NCBI GenBank assembly: GCA_963796105.1
Contig: CAWCKJ010000010.1
Span: 39,620-103,619 of the forward strand
Source of the DNA: a candidate division FCPU426 bacterium
Lineage (GTDB): Bacteria > Oederibacteriota > Muellerivitia > Muellerivitales > Muellerivitaceae
DNA: 64,000 nucleotides
Direction: 5' to 3'
Part shown: piece by piece, positions 1-9,298 of the stretch
Layout: every line of letters starts with the position of its first letter
How positions within the stretch are numbered: position 1 is the first letter of the stretch
Position numbers and translations under genes: made by a program
The notes under the pieces: generated by a model
Told to the model about the DNA's origin: nothing
What the model saw: the letters and a program-made list of their open reading frames with translations, nothing else
Database searches by the model: none

Positions 1-255
1 GCCTGGGTATAACCGGGAAGGAAAAAGCCTGAAATTAAAATAGTGAAAAACAGGGAATTAAAAATCTTCGTTATCATAATGAAGTTTATGCTATCGGGGG
101 TTCAGGCGCGGGTCAACCTAAAAGGATTACGGGATTGAGCGCATTTTCTTAAAGAAAGGAAGAGGCGGGCCTTTTTAACTAGTCAGACAGTGGAAACGCG
201 ATGAATGAGCTTGGCCCTTAGCCGGCTAAACTCGCTGCGAATGAAAAGTTTAAAC

Positions 256-741
256 TCAGGCGCCTTCCATCCGGCTTTGGCAATTGATACAGCGGGTCGC
301 CCAAGGAATGGCTTTCATTCGGGCCATGGGAATGGATTTTTTGCAGACTTCGCAAGATCCGTAAGTCCCGTCCGTCATATGCGAAAGAGCCTTCTCAATC
401 CTCTCCAACTCAATCCGGTCGTTTTCCATCAGGGTGAGGGAAAGGTGCTGTGTGAGTTCCCCGGAGCCGTGATCCGCCATGTCGCCCGGTACATTTTGGT
501 TGTCCGCGATTTCCTCGCGGAGGTCCATCTCAAGATGATTGACCTGGCCGGTAATCTCATTGCGGCGGTCCTGTAATTTCTTGAGAAGGGGAACATAAGC
601 CGGGTCGATTTTAAGTCTTTTCTTCGGGGCTGGTTTTACCACGGCTGTTTTGGGAGCTGATTTTGCCGCCGCTTTCGGGGCTGGTTTTTTGGTTTTTTTC
701 GCGGAACTTTTCGAGGATGTCTTTTTTTTGGAACGAGCCAT
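256..741 (-). CDS. DksA/TraR-family C4 zinc-finger protein with ~55-aa lysine/alanine/proline-rich N-terminal extension
   Basis: C-terminal CEVCKK-x17-CINCQ (CxxC-x17-CxxC) zinc finger typical of DksA/TraR. Preceding coiled-coil region has an acidic tip (GDMADHG). N-terminus is low-complexity KKxAPK repeats resembling histone H1 tails. Confidence 0.7.
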   Translation of the reverse strand: MARSKKKTSSKSSAKKTKKPAPKAAAKSAPKTAVVKPAPKKRLKIDPAYVPLLKKLQDRRNEITGQVNHLEMDLREEIADNQNVPGDMADHGSGELTQHLSLTLMENDRIELERIEKALSHMTDGTYGSCEVCKKSIPMARMKAIPWATRCINCQSRMEGA

Positions 742-979
742 GGTTCCCTCCGGGTGCTATTAAAGTGGTCTAAAGCGCTTGCGATGAAATGGATGTTGAA
801 AAGGTATAGAAGATTATCGAAGGCTCTCTGAACTGTCAAGAATAAAGGAAATCTTTATTATCCGGAGGCTGTGGAATCGCTGACCGGGAAAAAGCCGGGC
901 CATCCTGTTTGAAAATGGCCTACAAAGGCTCATTCGAACGGCCTATACTTAGAGCAACCTTAAAATAAAGGAGCGCCTC

Positions 980-1549
980 ATGGCCATGGGTATTGTGCTA
1001 GTGGTTTTGTTTTTCATTTTAGGAATCGTCGTTCTTTTGGCGCTTTATTTCATCTCGGTCTACAACCATTTGGTTCGTTACAGGGTGGAGGTGGACGACT
1101 CCTGGAGCCAAATCGACGTCCAACTTAAACGACGGCACGATCTCATCCCCAATCTCGTGGAAACAGTCAAGGGGGTCATGGATTTCGAGAAGAACACCCT
1201 CACCCAGGTCATGCAGGCACGCGCCAGCGCCATGGGCGCCTCCAACATGGCCGACCGAATGAAGGCGGAAAGCGACATCACCAACGGCATGGGGCGGCTC
1301 CTGGCCGTCTGGGAAAATTATCCCGCCCTGAAATCCAACGAGAACGCCAAACAGCTCCAGGAGGAGCTCACCTCCACCGAGAACAAGATCGCCTATTCCC
1401 GGGGCCATTACAACGACGTGGTGGCCAATTTCAACACGATCGCCCAGCAGTTCCCGTCCAATCTCATCGCGGGTCCTTTTCATTTCCAACCCAGGGAATT
1501 CCTGAAGGCGGCCGACTCGGATAAGGAAGTCCCGCAAGTCAAACTCTGA
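980..1549 (+). CDS. LemA family protein
   Basis: N-terminal TM helix followed by the LemA-type conserved core (YNxLVxxRxxVDxxWSQIDVQLKRRxDLIPNLVETVKG...). Confidence 0.8.
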   Translation: MAMGIVLVVLFFILGIVVLLALYFISVYNHLVRYRVEVDDSWSQIDVQLKRRHDLIPNLVETVKGVMDFEKNTLTQVMQARASAMGASNMADRMKAESDITNGMGRLLAVWENYPALKSNENAKQLQEELTSTENKIAYSRGHYNDVVANFNTIAQQFPSNLIAGPFHFQPREFLKAADSDKEVPQVKL

Positions 1550-1594
1550 TTCCGACCGGAAGCTTTATAACGCCCGATCAGGACCGAGGCAGGG

Positions 1595-3283
1595 ATGTTT
1601 TATTCTTTACCCGCTGAAACAGTTTTCGAGGCCAAACAGCGCACTAAAAGAGCGACTTTTCTCCTCTTTTTTCTTTTGATCGTTCTTTATGTTTTCTTCG
1701 CGGATTTGATGGCCCTTTCCGTATATTTAATGCTCAAGCTCAGGTTCACCGCGAGAATCGGCTCGGATCTTCCCGGGATCATGATCTTCACGACTTTGAC
1801 CGCGGCCGTGGTCGCCGCAGGCCATTTCATGTATGTCCGCAACAAATCGCTCGAGGATATGCTTTCTCAAATCCAGGCCCGGCCCGCGGATCCCGGCGAT
1901 ACTTACCACGACCAATTCATCCATATCGTGGCGGAGGCAGGGGCCGCCACCGGCATCCGAGGTATTCAGCCCGTGGTGCTTTCCACGCCCGGGTGCAACG
2001 CCTTTTCCTTGCAGGATTCCCGGGGCGGTTCAGCCATCGGAGCCACCGAGGGGCTCTTGTCCAAGCTGACCCGCGGGGAGCTTTCGGCCGTCGTCGCGCA
2101 CGAGGCCGCGCACCTTCTGCATGAGGACACGAAACTCGTGACAACCGCCAGCTTCTTGTTCAGTGTTTTCGGGGACATCCATTCGGCCCTGGGGCGGATT
2201 CTTTCCTCAGGGACTTCCGCGCGGATAGCCGACTACGGGAATTCCTATGGAAAGCGCATTGGGGGTGGAGGCGGTTCCCTGATCATCCTGGTCCTTTGGC
2301 AGATTTCAGGTGTGGGCTACTTCTTGACCAGGCTCATCAGCATGGCTATATCCAGGGAAAGGGAATACCTAGCCGACGCGGACGGGGTCCAGATGTGCAA
2401 GGACCCCCTATCCCTGGCGGAGGGGCTTTACAAGATTTCCCATCGGTACCGGGGGGACATGCCGGACACCTATTCCGCGGTTTTCATCATGGACCCGAAC
2501 CAATCGGAATTAGCCGAGCAGGAAGGGTTATTGCCTGATCTTTTCAGCACCCACCCGCCAGTCTCCAAGCGCTTGACCAAGCTCCTGAATTGGGCGAAAT
2601 CGGACGTGAAGACCCTTCAGGAAGCGGTGGAGCGGGAGGAAAAAGCCGCCCCGGCTCCGGGATCCCCCGTGGGAACCCCGCTCGGCGATAAAGAGCCGGC
2701 GTTCATGACATTCCAAAACAACCAGTGGATGGGGCCCTATACCCCCCTCCAGCTTCTGACCGCGGGTATCATCACGCCCTCCTCGTGGGTATGTCCGGCG
2801 GGAAGCCAGGAAGTGACCAAGGCCTCGGAAACAGCCGAGTTGCTCCCGCTATTTCAAAAACAGGTCCAGGGGGCTGTGACCCAGCAAGCCTGCCCCCGTT
2901 GCAAGGTTCCCCTGATGGAAATCCATATGGAAGGAGCGGAAGCGGAACAATGCAGTTACTGCAAGGGCCATCTCTTAAAGGGCGGAGTCTTGGAAAGGCT
3001 CATCACCCGGGAGGAAATAACCTTTCTTCCCGAGGATATTCGGAAGGCCCGGATTTGGCGGGACGTCCAAAAAGGGCCCCTCAAGGACCGGGACCCATTT
3101 CCGGATATCCAGTGCCCATTTTGCGAAAGTCCCATGGGAAGGAGCATCCACTCCATCCTGACCCAGGTGGTCATTAACCATTGTTCGGACGATCAATGCG
3201 GAGCAATCTGGTGCGACGGGGGGGAACTGGAAACCATCCTTATGCTCATCCAAGATGCACACAGCGGCGCCGGGAAAGTGTAA
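1595..3283 (+). CDS. M48-family (HtpX-like) zinc metallopeptidase with C-terminal DUF4339-like segment and two zf-TFIIB-type zinc ribbons
   Basis: N-terminal TM helices. HEAAHLLHED (HExxH) and STHPPVSKRL motifs typical of HtpX/M48. C-terminus carries WMGPYTPLQLL (DUF4339/GYF-like) and two CPxC...C..C...IWCDGGELE zinc-ribbon modules. Immediately downstream of lemA, a common pairing. Confidence 0.8.
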   Translation: MFYSLPAETVFEAKQRTKRATFLLFFLLIVLYVFFADLMALSVYLMLKLRFTARIGSDLPGIMIFTTLTAAVVAAGHFMYVRNKSLEDMLSQIQARPADPGDTYHDQFIHIVAEAGAATGIRGIQPVVLSTPGCNAFSLQDSRGGSAIGATEGLLSKLTRGELSAVVAHEAAHLLHEDTKLVTTASFLFSVFGDIHSALGRILSSGTSARIADYGNSYGKRIGGGGGSLIILVLWQISGVGYFLTRLISMAISREREYLADADGVQMCKDPLSLAEGLYKISHRYRGDMPDTYSAVFIMDPNQSELAEQEGLLPDLFSTHPPVSKRLTKLLNWAKSDVKTLQEAVEREEKAAPAPGSPVGTPLGDKEPAFMTFQNNQWMGPYTPLQLLTAGIITPSSWVCPAGSQEVTKASETAELLPLFQKQVQGAVTQQACPRCKVPLMEIHMEGAEAEQCSYCKGHLLKGGVLERLITREEITFLPEDIRKARIWRDVQKGPLKDRDPFPDIQCPFCESPMGRSIHSILTQVVINHCSDDQCGAIWCDGGELETILMLIQDAHSGAGKV

Positions 3284-3345
3284 AATAAGACTGGCCTAGA
3301 TTTAGATATGAAATACAGAGCAAGACATGGATTGAAAGGAAGCGT

Positions 3346-3723
3346 ATGCCGGAAGCTTATTTGGAAAACGAGAAGCGCGTCGATCCCCGGTTCGCCGTGA
3401 GAATTCCCATCCTCTTCAGGGAAATGGACAATAAGGACGAAATCAGGAGCCTCCTGGACCCCTATAAGAAGGAAAGAAAAGCCCACACGGTAAATGTCAG
3501 CATCAGCGGGATGTGCCTGGTCGCGGGGATGGCGCTCAAGATCGGGACCGTCTTGAGCCTTGAGATATTGCTTCCCGGCTCTATGAAAATGCTGAAAGCG
3601 GTGGCCGAGGTGGTATGGTCGAAAGAGGCGAGCGCGGGAATCCGTTTCCTGGCCATGAAGGAAAACGACATGGTCTCCTTCAAGGCTTACCTCGACGAGG
3701 TTTCCTCCGGAAGCAACCCATAA
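3346..3723 (+). CDS. PilZ domain protein (putative c-di-GMP receptor)
   Basis: RxxxR-like motif (RVDPRFAVR) near the N-terminus and N-V-S-I-S-G ([D/N]xSxxG) motif. The ~120 aa size is typical of stand-alone PilZ proteins. Confidence 0.55.
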   Translation: MPEAYLENEKRVDPRFAVRIPILFREMDNKDEIRSLLDPYKKERKAHTVNVSISGMCLVAGMALKIGTVLSLEILLPGSMKMLKAVAEVVWSKEASAGIRFLAMKENDMVSFKAYLDEVSSGSNP

Positions 3724-3755
3724 TATTAAGCCGGCATGAAAGACACCCAAATTAA

Positions 3756-4484
3756 ATGAGCGTGATTTTTTACACCTTCTCCATCTCCTTGTTTGACAGT
3801 CTCTCTACCACCCTTCAAATCATTATCTTCGTCCTCCTGCTCACAACCACTCATCCGATCCGAAACGCCCTTTTTTATCTGGCCGGGTTGAGCGGGGCCT
3901 ATTATTTTTGCGGCTTCGCCGGATACTTCGCGCTGGATGATTTGCGGCTGTTCCTGAAACAGTTTTTCCCGTCCATGGATTCCATATCCAATCCGCTTTA
4001 TTACCAATCGGAATTATTGACGGGCGTGGTCATGGTCGCCATCGGGATTTGGTATTACTTCAGGAAGAAAAAGGCCCCGCAGGGCAGGGCTGAAAACATG
4101 ATTATCTCGAGACTCAAGACTATGAACAGCCTCTTCGCCTTTGTGGCCGGCGCTTTCATATCGATTACGTCTTTTCCTGTTTCCATCCCCTATTTGATAG
4201 CCTTGGGCAAGTACTCGACGCTTCAACTGGAGCTTCCGGCGTTGTGCGGGTACATCCTGCTTTATAACATCGGCTACGCCTTGCCCATGGTCCTCATCTT
4301 GGCCATTTACTTGGTCGCCCGCAGGAATACCGATGACTATCACGACGCCTTGCATGAGAAAGCCAGGATGCTGAATGTCCACCTCACGACCTGGACCTTC
4401 ATTGGCTTCGGGATCTTTTCCATGATTGACGCAGGGTGCTACTTCACGTTGGGCCATGCCTTGGTCAAAGGAAGGTATTTTTAA
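3756..4484 (+). CDS. hypothetical polytopic membrane protein
   Basis: About 6 predicted hydrophobic helices. No recognisable catalytic motif. Confidence 0.4.
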   Translation: MSVIFYTFSISLFDSLSTTLQIIIFVLLLTTTHPIRNALFYLAGLSGAYYFCGFAGYFALDDLRLFLKQFFPSMDSISNPLYYQSELLTGVVMVAIGIWYYFRKKKAPQGRAENMIISRLKTMNSLFAFVAGAFISITSFPVSIPYLIALGKYSTLQLELPALCGYILLYNIGYALPMVLILAIYLVARRNTDDYHDALHEKARMLNVHLTTWTFIGFGIFSMIDAGCYFTLGHALVKGRYF

Positions 4485-4516
4485 TAATCTGATTGTTTTT
4501 ATATCGAGGATAGGAG

Positions 4517-4951
4517 TTGCGGATGAACAGCCAGTGGGTTTTCATTTCTTTGACGACCATTTTTTACGGACTATTTAATATTTTCACCCGGGCCGCGGGA
4601 CCTAAAATCGGCGGAATCCTGGGGCCCTTGCTTTTGGAGGGTTTCGCGACGGCGCTTCTTTTGATGTTTTTTCTATGGAGGAGATTCAACGGGTCGGTGG
4701 AATCGGCGACTTCGCTGGGAGTCGCCTTTTCCATGGCCGCCGGGTTTTGCGCCGCCGCGGGTTCCGTGGCTTTTTTCATCGTCTTCTCGAGGGGCGGACA
4801 GCTTTCGGTGGCAGGCTCCTTCGTCCTCATTGGAAGCACCTTGCTGACGATCCTGGGAGGGTTTTTCTTCTTCAAGGAACCGCTTTCATCCACCCGCGCC
4901 GCCGGGATCCTTTTGGGGTTGATCAGCCTCTTTCTTTTGCGGATGGAGTAA
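4517..4951 (+). CDS. small 4-TM membrane protein (DMT/EamA-like half-transporter?)
   Basis: Four hydrophobic segments in 144 aa, glycine-rich helices. Family assignment is tentative. Confidence 0.35.
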   Translation: MRMNSQWVFISLTTIFYGLFNIFTRAAGPKIGGILGPLLLEGFATALLLMFFLWRRFNGSVESATSLGVAFSMAAGFCAAAGSVAFFIVFSRGGQLSVAGSFVLIGSTLLTILGGFFFFKEPLSSTRAAGILLGLISLFLLRME

Positions 4952-5003
4952 TCGAATTGGGTATTATGATTGACCGGGATTTTGTATAAAATTAACTTAT
5001 TGG

Positions 5004-5723
5004 ATGAGAGGGATGGTAAGAAAAATGATCAGCATAAAAAACACATGGGTTTTGTTGACCGGCGCCAGCCGGGGCGTGGGAGTGAGAGTCGCCAGGGCTT
5101 TGGCGGATCAAGGCTGTAAATTGATTTTGCAAAGCAGGAATTTAGAGGGCACGAAAAAATTGGTGGAGGAACTGAAGGCCAAGGGAGTCGAGGCTTATTC
5201 GATCGCGGCGGAGTTGTCCGACCTGAGGCAAGTGGAGCGTTTAATCGCCGAGGCCCGGCGCCTGTCGGGGGACCATATCGACATTCTTTATAACAACGCG
5301 GCGATCATGGCGAAATATCACGAAGATAAATACGGGGCCACCGCTGATGAATATGTCATGAGTTTCCTGGTGAACGTGACCGTGCCAGCCCTGATCTGCA
5401 ACGCCTTTATCCCCAAAATGGTAGAGAGGGGCTGGGGCCGTATCGTGAATGTGACTTCCGGTATCGCCGATCAGCCGCAGTTGATGCCCTATAGCTGTTC
5501 CAAGGCCGCGCTGGACCGCTATGTGCGGGATCTTGTCACGACCCTCGCTGGGACGGGCGTGCTCATCAATTTAATGGACCCGGGATGGCTCAGAACCGAC
5601 TTGGGGGGGCCGCAAGCTCCGAATGATCCTGATCGGGTTTTGCCGGGGGCCCTTGTGCCGGTACTATTGGAAGAGAAGGAAGGTAGCGGAAAACTTTACC
5701 GCGCCATGGATTATGCCAAGTGA
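5004..5723 (+). CDS. short-chain dehydrogenase/reductase (SDR) family oxidoreductase
   Basis: TGASRGVG Rossmann motif, NNAA and Y-x3-K (YSCSK) catalytic motif. Confidence 0.8.
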   Translation: MRGMVRKMISIKNTWVLLTGASRGVGVRVARALADQGCKLILQSRNLEGTKKLVEELKAKGVEAYSIAAELSDLRQVERLIAEARRLSGDHIDILYNNAAIMAKYHEDKYGATADEYVMSFLVNVTVPALICNAFIPKMVERGWGRIVNVTSGIADQPQLMPYSCSKAALDRYVRDLVTTLAGTGVLINLMDPGWLRTDLGGPQAPNDPDRVLPGALVPVLLEEKEGSGKLYRAMDYAK

Positions 5724-5766
5724 GCTGTGAGTTTAGCGGACGCAATATTTTGAACAGGAGAAACAC

Positions 5767-7884
5767 ATGAGAAAAATTTTTGGATTGATGGCGGTACTCT
5801 TATTCCTTTCACCCGCGGTTTTCGCGGCGGTGGTGGAGGATTGGACCGGGGTGCAAGCGGCGAATACCGGCACCTATATGGACAGCAACGGCTCCAAGAT
5901 CGATTTTGCCGTGGACGCGGGGCCCAAGAGCGGGCAGAAGGCCCTGAAACTGACCTCCAATCTCATGCAGAGTGGCTATTGCGGCATCTGGCACAATTTC
6001 ATGGCGGACCTGTCAAAAGGGGCGAATTTGAAGTTCATGGCCAAGTCCACGCTACCGGGAGACATCCAAGTCGCTTTGAAGGACGCCTATAACGTTCAGT
6101 ACATCGCCAAGGCGCAGGTCAGCACGGATTGGGCGGAAATCTCCATCCCGCTGGCCAGTTTCCGCAAGGACCCCTATTACACCCCTCCTGACGCCATTAC
6201 GGGACATTTGATGGACCTTAGCAAAACTTCTGGGATGAATTTCGCCCCTCAAATGGCGGGGGCGGCGGTGCTTTTGTTCGGGCAGGTCGAGACGGACGGG
6301 ACGGCCGCGGCCGCCTCAAGCGCCCCAGCACCCGTGACCGTAACCAAGGATCTCGAGTTTGTCGTGATGCCGGACCAAGTGCTCGGGCCCATCAGCCCCT
6401 ATATCTACGGCCTGAACAGTCAGGATCCAACAGGCATGAACGCGACCGTCCGCAGGCTGGGCGGCAACCGCATGACTGGATACAACTGGACCAACAACTA
6501 CTCCAACGCCGGGACCGATTGGAAGAACTCCAGCGACGATTGGCTCTGCGTCTCTCCGGTTAAATACGCCGATTGCGACCAGCCTGGCGCTCTTTACCGG
6601 CATTTCGTGGAGGACAACCAGAAAGCGGGGCTGGAATCGCTCGTCACGATCCAGATGGCGGGCTACGTGTCCGCCGATAAGAAGGGCGAGGTATTGAAGG
6701 AGGAGACGGCCCCGAGTCCCCGCTGGGCCAAATTGGAGTTCGCGAAAAAAGAAGACTACACCCTGACACCCAGTCCGGACAGCAAGGTCGTCTATGACGA
6801 CGAGTTTGTCAACTACCTGGTCCAGACCTTCAAGTCGGCCTCCAAGGGTGGCATCAAATTCTACGACCTCGACAACGAGCCCGCCCTTTGGTGCGGCAAG
6901 CACCTCCGCATCCACCCGGACAAGCTCACCTATCCCGAGATCTTTGATAAGTCGGTCCAACTAGCCCATGCCATCCTCAAGGTGGATCCTACAGCCATGA
7001 TCTTCGGGCCGGTGGCATATGGTTGGCAGGAGTTCCTCAGCCTCCAGGAATCGCCGGACTACGTGGAAATGAACAAGACCTATGGTTCCTACCTCGATTA
7101 CTACCTGGCCCAGTTCCAAGCGCAGGAAAAGAAGGACGGCCAAAGATTATTGCACGTGCTCGACCTCCATTGGTACCCAGAAGCCCAGGGCGGGGGAATG
7201 CGCATCACGGAGAATGATGTCACATCCGATTCCATCGATGCCAGGGTCCAAGCGCCCCGTAGTCTTTGGGACCCCGATTACATCGAGAAAAGCTGGATCA
7301 CCCAGTGGTCCACGCACAACAAGCCCATCCGCCTCATTCCCTGGGTCCAGGAGAAGATCGACAAAAATTATCCCGGGACGAAGCTTTCTTTCTCGGAGTA
7401 TGACTACGGGGGAGGAAACCATATCTCCGGCGGGATCGCCCAGGCGGACGTGCTGGGGATTTTTGGAAAAACAGGGGTTTATATGTCGAACTACTGGGGG
7501 GACCTGAATCCCTATAACAAGGCGGCTTTCAAGCTCTACCGCAATTACGACGGCAAAAACGCGGCCTTCGGCGGAACCTCCGTCTCAGCCACGGCAGGGG
7601 ATGTGGCTTTGGCCTCCATCTACGCCGCGACAGACCCCTCCCAGCCCGGTACCCTCTGGCTGGTGGTCCTGAACAAAAGCCAAAAGGACTCCATCCATGG
7701 AAAGTTCAAGTTCCAAGGAAAAGACGCCCACAAGAAATATGTCTGTTACGGGTTCGACGGCAAGTCATCGGAGGTCCAGAAGATCAAGGAAGGGGGGATC
7801 GACAAGGACCATTTTGAGTATTCCCTCGCACCCCTATCCGCCACCTTGTTCGTATGTAAGGGAGAGAATAAAACTCAAAAGTAG
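5767..7884 (+). CDS. secreted glycoside hydrolase, clan GH-A TIM-barrel (GH44-like), with N-terminal ~190-aa beta-rich domain
   Basis: Signal peptide. RLGGNRMTGYNWTNN and LDNEPALW (NEP catalytic acid/base motif of clan GH-A). 705 aa. The family call is from memory of motifs only. Confidence 0.5.
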   Translation: MRKIFGLMAVLLFLSPAVFAAVVEDWTGVQAANTGTYMDSNGSKIDFAVDAGPKSGQKALKLTSNLMQSGYCGIWHNFMADLSKGANLKFMAKSTLPGDIQVALKDAYNVQYIAKAQVSTDWAEISIPLASFRKDPYYTPPDAITGHLMDLSKTSGMNFAPQMAGAAVLLFGQVETDGTAAAASSAPAPVTVTKDLEFVVMPDQVLGPISPYIYGLNSQDPTGMNATVRRLGGNRMTGYNWTNNYSNAGTDWKNSSDDWLCVSPVKYADCDQPGALYRHFVEDNQKAGLESLVTIQMAGYVSADKKGEVLKEETAPSPRWAKLEFAKKEDYTLTPSPDSKVVYDDEFVNYLVQTFKSASKGGIKFYDLDNEPALWCGKHLRIHPDKLTYPEIFDKSVQLAHAILKVDPTAMIFGPVAYGWQEFLSLQESPDYVEMNKTYGSYLDYYLAQFQAQEKKDGQRLLHVLDLHWYPEAQGGGMRITENDVTSDSIDARVQAPRSLWDPDYIEKSWITQWSTHNKPIRLIPWVQEKIDKNYPGTKLSFSEYDYGGGNHISGGIAQADVLGIFGKTGVYMSNYWGDLNPYNKAAFKLYRNYDGKNAAFGGTSVSATAGDVALASIYAATDPSQPGTLWLVVLNKSQKDSIHGKFKFQGKDAHKKYVCYGFDGKSSEVQKIKEGGIDKDHFEYSLAPLSATLFVCKGENKTQK

Positions 7885-8031
7885 TGAACTGGCGACCCGA
7901 AAGGGCGCACCTTAACTGACTTCCAATGTGATTTTTGCGTTTTTTGGGTGTTAATATAGGGGCCTGACTTTGAATCTATTCTTTCGATGTAATATACTTT
8001 TAATGAAAACAATTGATTAAGGGGGCGCCAA

Positions 8032-8235
8032 ATGGATTTAAAAGTCCTGCTGGAACCAAGTGAAGAAGGTGGTTATACGGCTCTTGTTCCCGCTCTTCCA
8101 GGATGTATTTCTGAGGGTAAAACTAAAAGAGAGGCACTGAAAAATATCCGGGAAGCCATTAGTTTGTATTTGGAGCCGGTGGATGATGATTTGTTGGCCA
8201 GTCCAAACGCAATAATTGAAAAAATCGCCGTTTGA
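8032..8235 (+). CDS. hicB: HicB-family antitoxin
   Basis: Small (67 aa) UPF0150/HicB-like sequence (YTALVPALPGCISEGKTKREALKNIREAI). Overlaps the downstream hicA start by 4 nt. Confidence 0.7.
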   Translation: MDLKVLLEPSEEGGYTALVPALPGCISEGKTKREALKNIREAISLYLEPVDDDLLASPNAIIEKIAV

Positions 8236-8462
8236 GCAAGGTTCCTAGTCTTCCTTATCATCGTATTGTTTCATCCCTCCAAAGATTGGGTTTTGTCGTG
8301 GTGCGTCAAAAGGGAAGCCATATCAGGCTGCAGAGATCAACCCCTGATGGGGAAGTCATCAAAATCACAGTGCCTGCCCACCAACCTGTTTTGAGATCTA
8401 CCTTGGCGCACATCCTAAAACAAGCGAAAGTTGGACTTGAGGATTTTTTAAACCACATTTAA
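8232..8462 (+). CDS. hicA: HicA-family mRNA interferase toxin
   Basis: YcfA/HicA-like fold signature (LGFVVVRQKGSHIRLQR). 76 aa. Confidence 0.75.
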   Translation: MSKVPSLPYHRIVSSLQRLGFVVVRQKGSHIRLQRSTPDGEVIKITVPAHQPVLRSTLAHILKQAKVGLEDFLNHI

Positions 8463-8520
8463 GACCGCTTGGACAGTCCGCCAAGGCTGGTCACCCGATG
8501 CTTGCGCTAAGGGGGCGGAT

Positions 8521-8635
8521 ATGGGAATCAAATTTTCCGGGGATATCAGGCCGGTGACCGATTTGAAGCGAAACACCCGCAGTCTATTAGACCAAATCCA
8601 TAGAACCTGCCGTCCGGTTGTGTTAAGGATGATAA
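8521..8635 (+). pseudogene. truncated Phd/YefM-type antitoxin N-terminal fragment
   Basis: N-terminus (VTDLKRNTRSLLDQIHRTCRPVVL) matches the Phd/YefM antitoxin N-terminal pattern. The reading frame runs into the duplication junction at 8636 and loses sense. Confidence 0.4.
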
Positions 8636-9083
8636 GATCGCCCAGGCGGACGTGCTGGGGATTTTTGGAAAAACAGGGGTTTATATGTCGAACTATTGGG
8701 GAGACCTGAACCCCTATAACAAGGCGGCTTTCAAGCTCTACCGCAATTACGACGGGAAAAACGCGACCATCGGCGGAACCTCCGTCTCAGCCACGGCCGG
8801 GGATGTGGCTTTGGCCTCCATCTACGCCGCGACAGACCCCTCCCAGCCAGACACCCTTTGGCTGGTGGTCCTGAACAAGAGCCAAAAGGACTCTATCCAC
8901 GGAAAGTTCAAGTTCCAAGGAAAAGACGCCTACAAGAAATATGTCTGTTACGGGTTCGACGGCAAATCACCGGAGGTCCAGAAGATCAAGGAAGGTGGGA
9001 TCGACAAGGACCATTTTGAGTATTCCCTCGCGCCCCTATCCGCCACCTTGTTTGTTTGTAAGGGAGAGAATAAACCTCAAAAG
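8636..9083 (+). pseudogene. duplicated 3' fragment (last ~147 codons) of the glycoside hydrolase gene
   Basis: About 97% nucleotide identity to 7434-7881. Predicted 145-aa ORF 8652-9089 is near-identical to the C-terminus of the 705-aa hydrolase. Confidence 0.75.
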
Positions 9084-9298
9084 AAATAAATCTATGCGGT
9101 GAGGTCTTAACCCAAACGGGGTGGGTTAACTTTGAAAAAGTTATTTGAAAAGTACTTTGCATTGCAAAGTAACTGTAGTTTCAATCAAAAACACAAATAA
9201 CCCGAGAATAAATATGTACTGTTATCCGTAAAAATCCGTATTATTCCCGGAATAAACCGAATCATCCAATCGCATCTTTTGTTATTATTGTTTAATCA

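Noticed and set aside
205-576. 123-aa plus-strand ORF
   Set aside because: Lies antisense and almost entirely within the DksA-like gene. No features. Likely spurious.
1019-1537. 172-aa minus-strand ORF antisense to lemA, and similar long antisense ORFs (e.g. 6316-6960, 20606-21190, 22826-23389, 28864-29379, 35647-36348, 39096-39605)
   Set aside because: Each is embedded antisense in a well-supported gene in GC-rich DNA where stop codons are rare. None has motifs.
8652-9089. 145-aa ORF as an independent functional gene
   Set aside because: It is a copy of the last 145 residues of the upstream hydrolase starting at an internal Met. It has no signal peptide or catalytic core, so it is treated as a duplication remnant.
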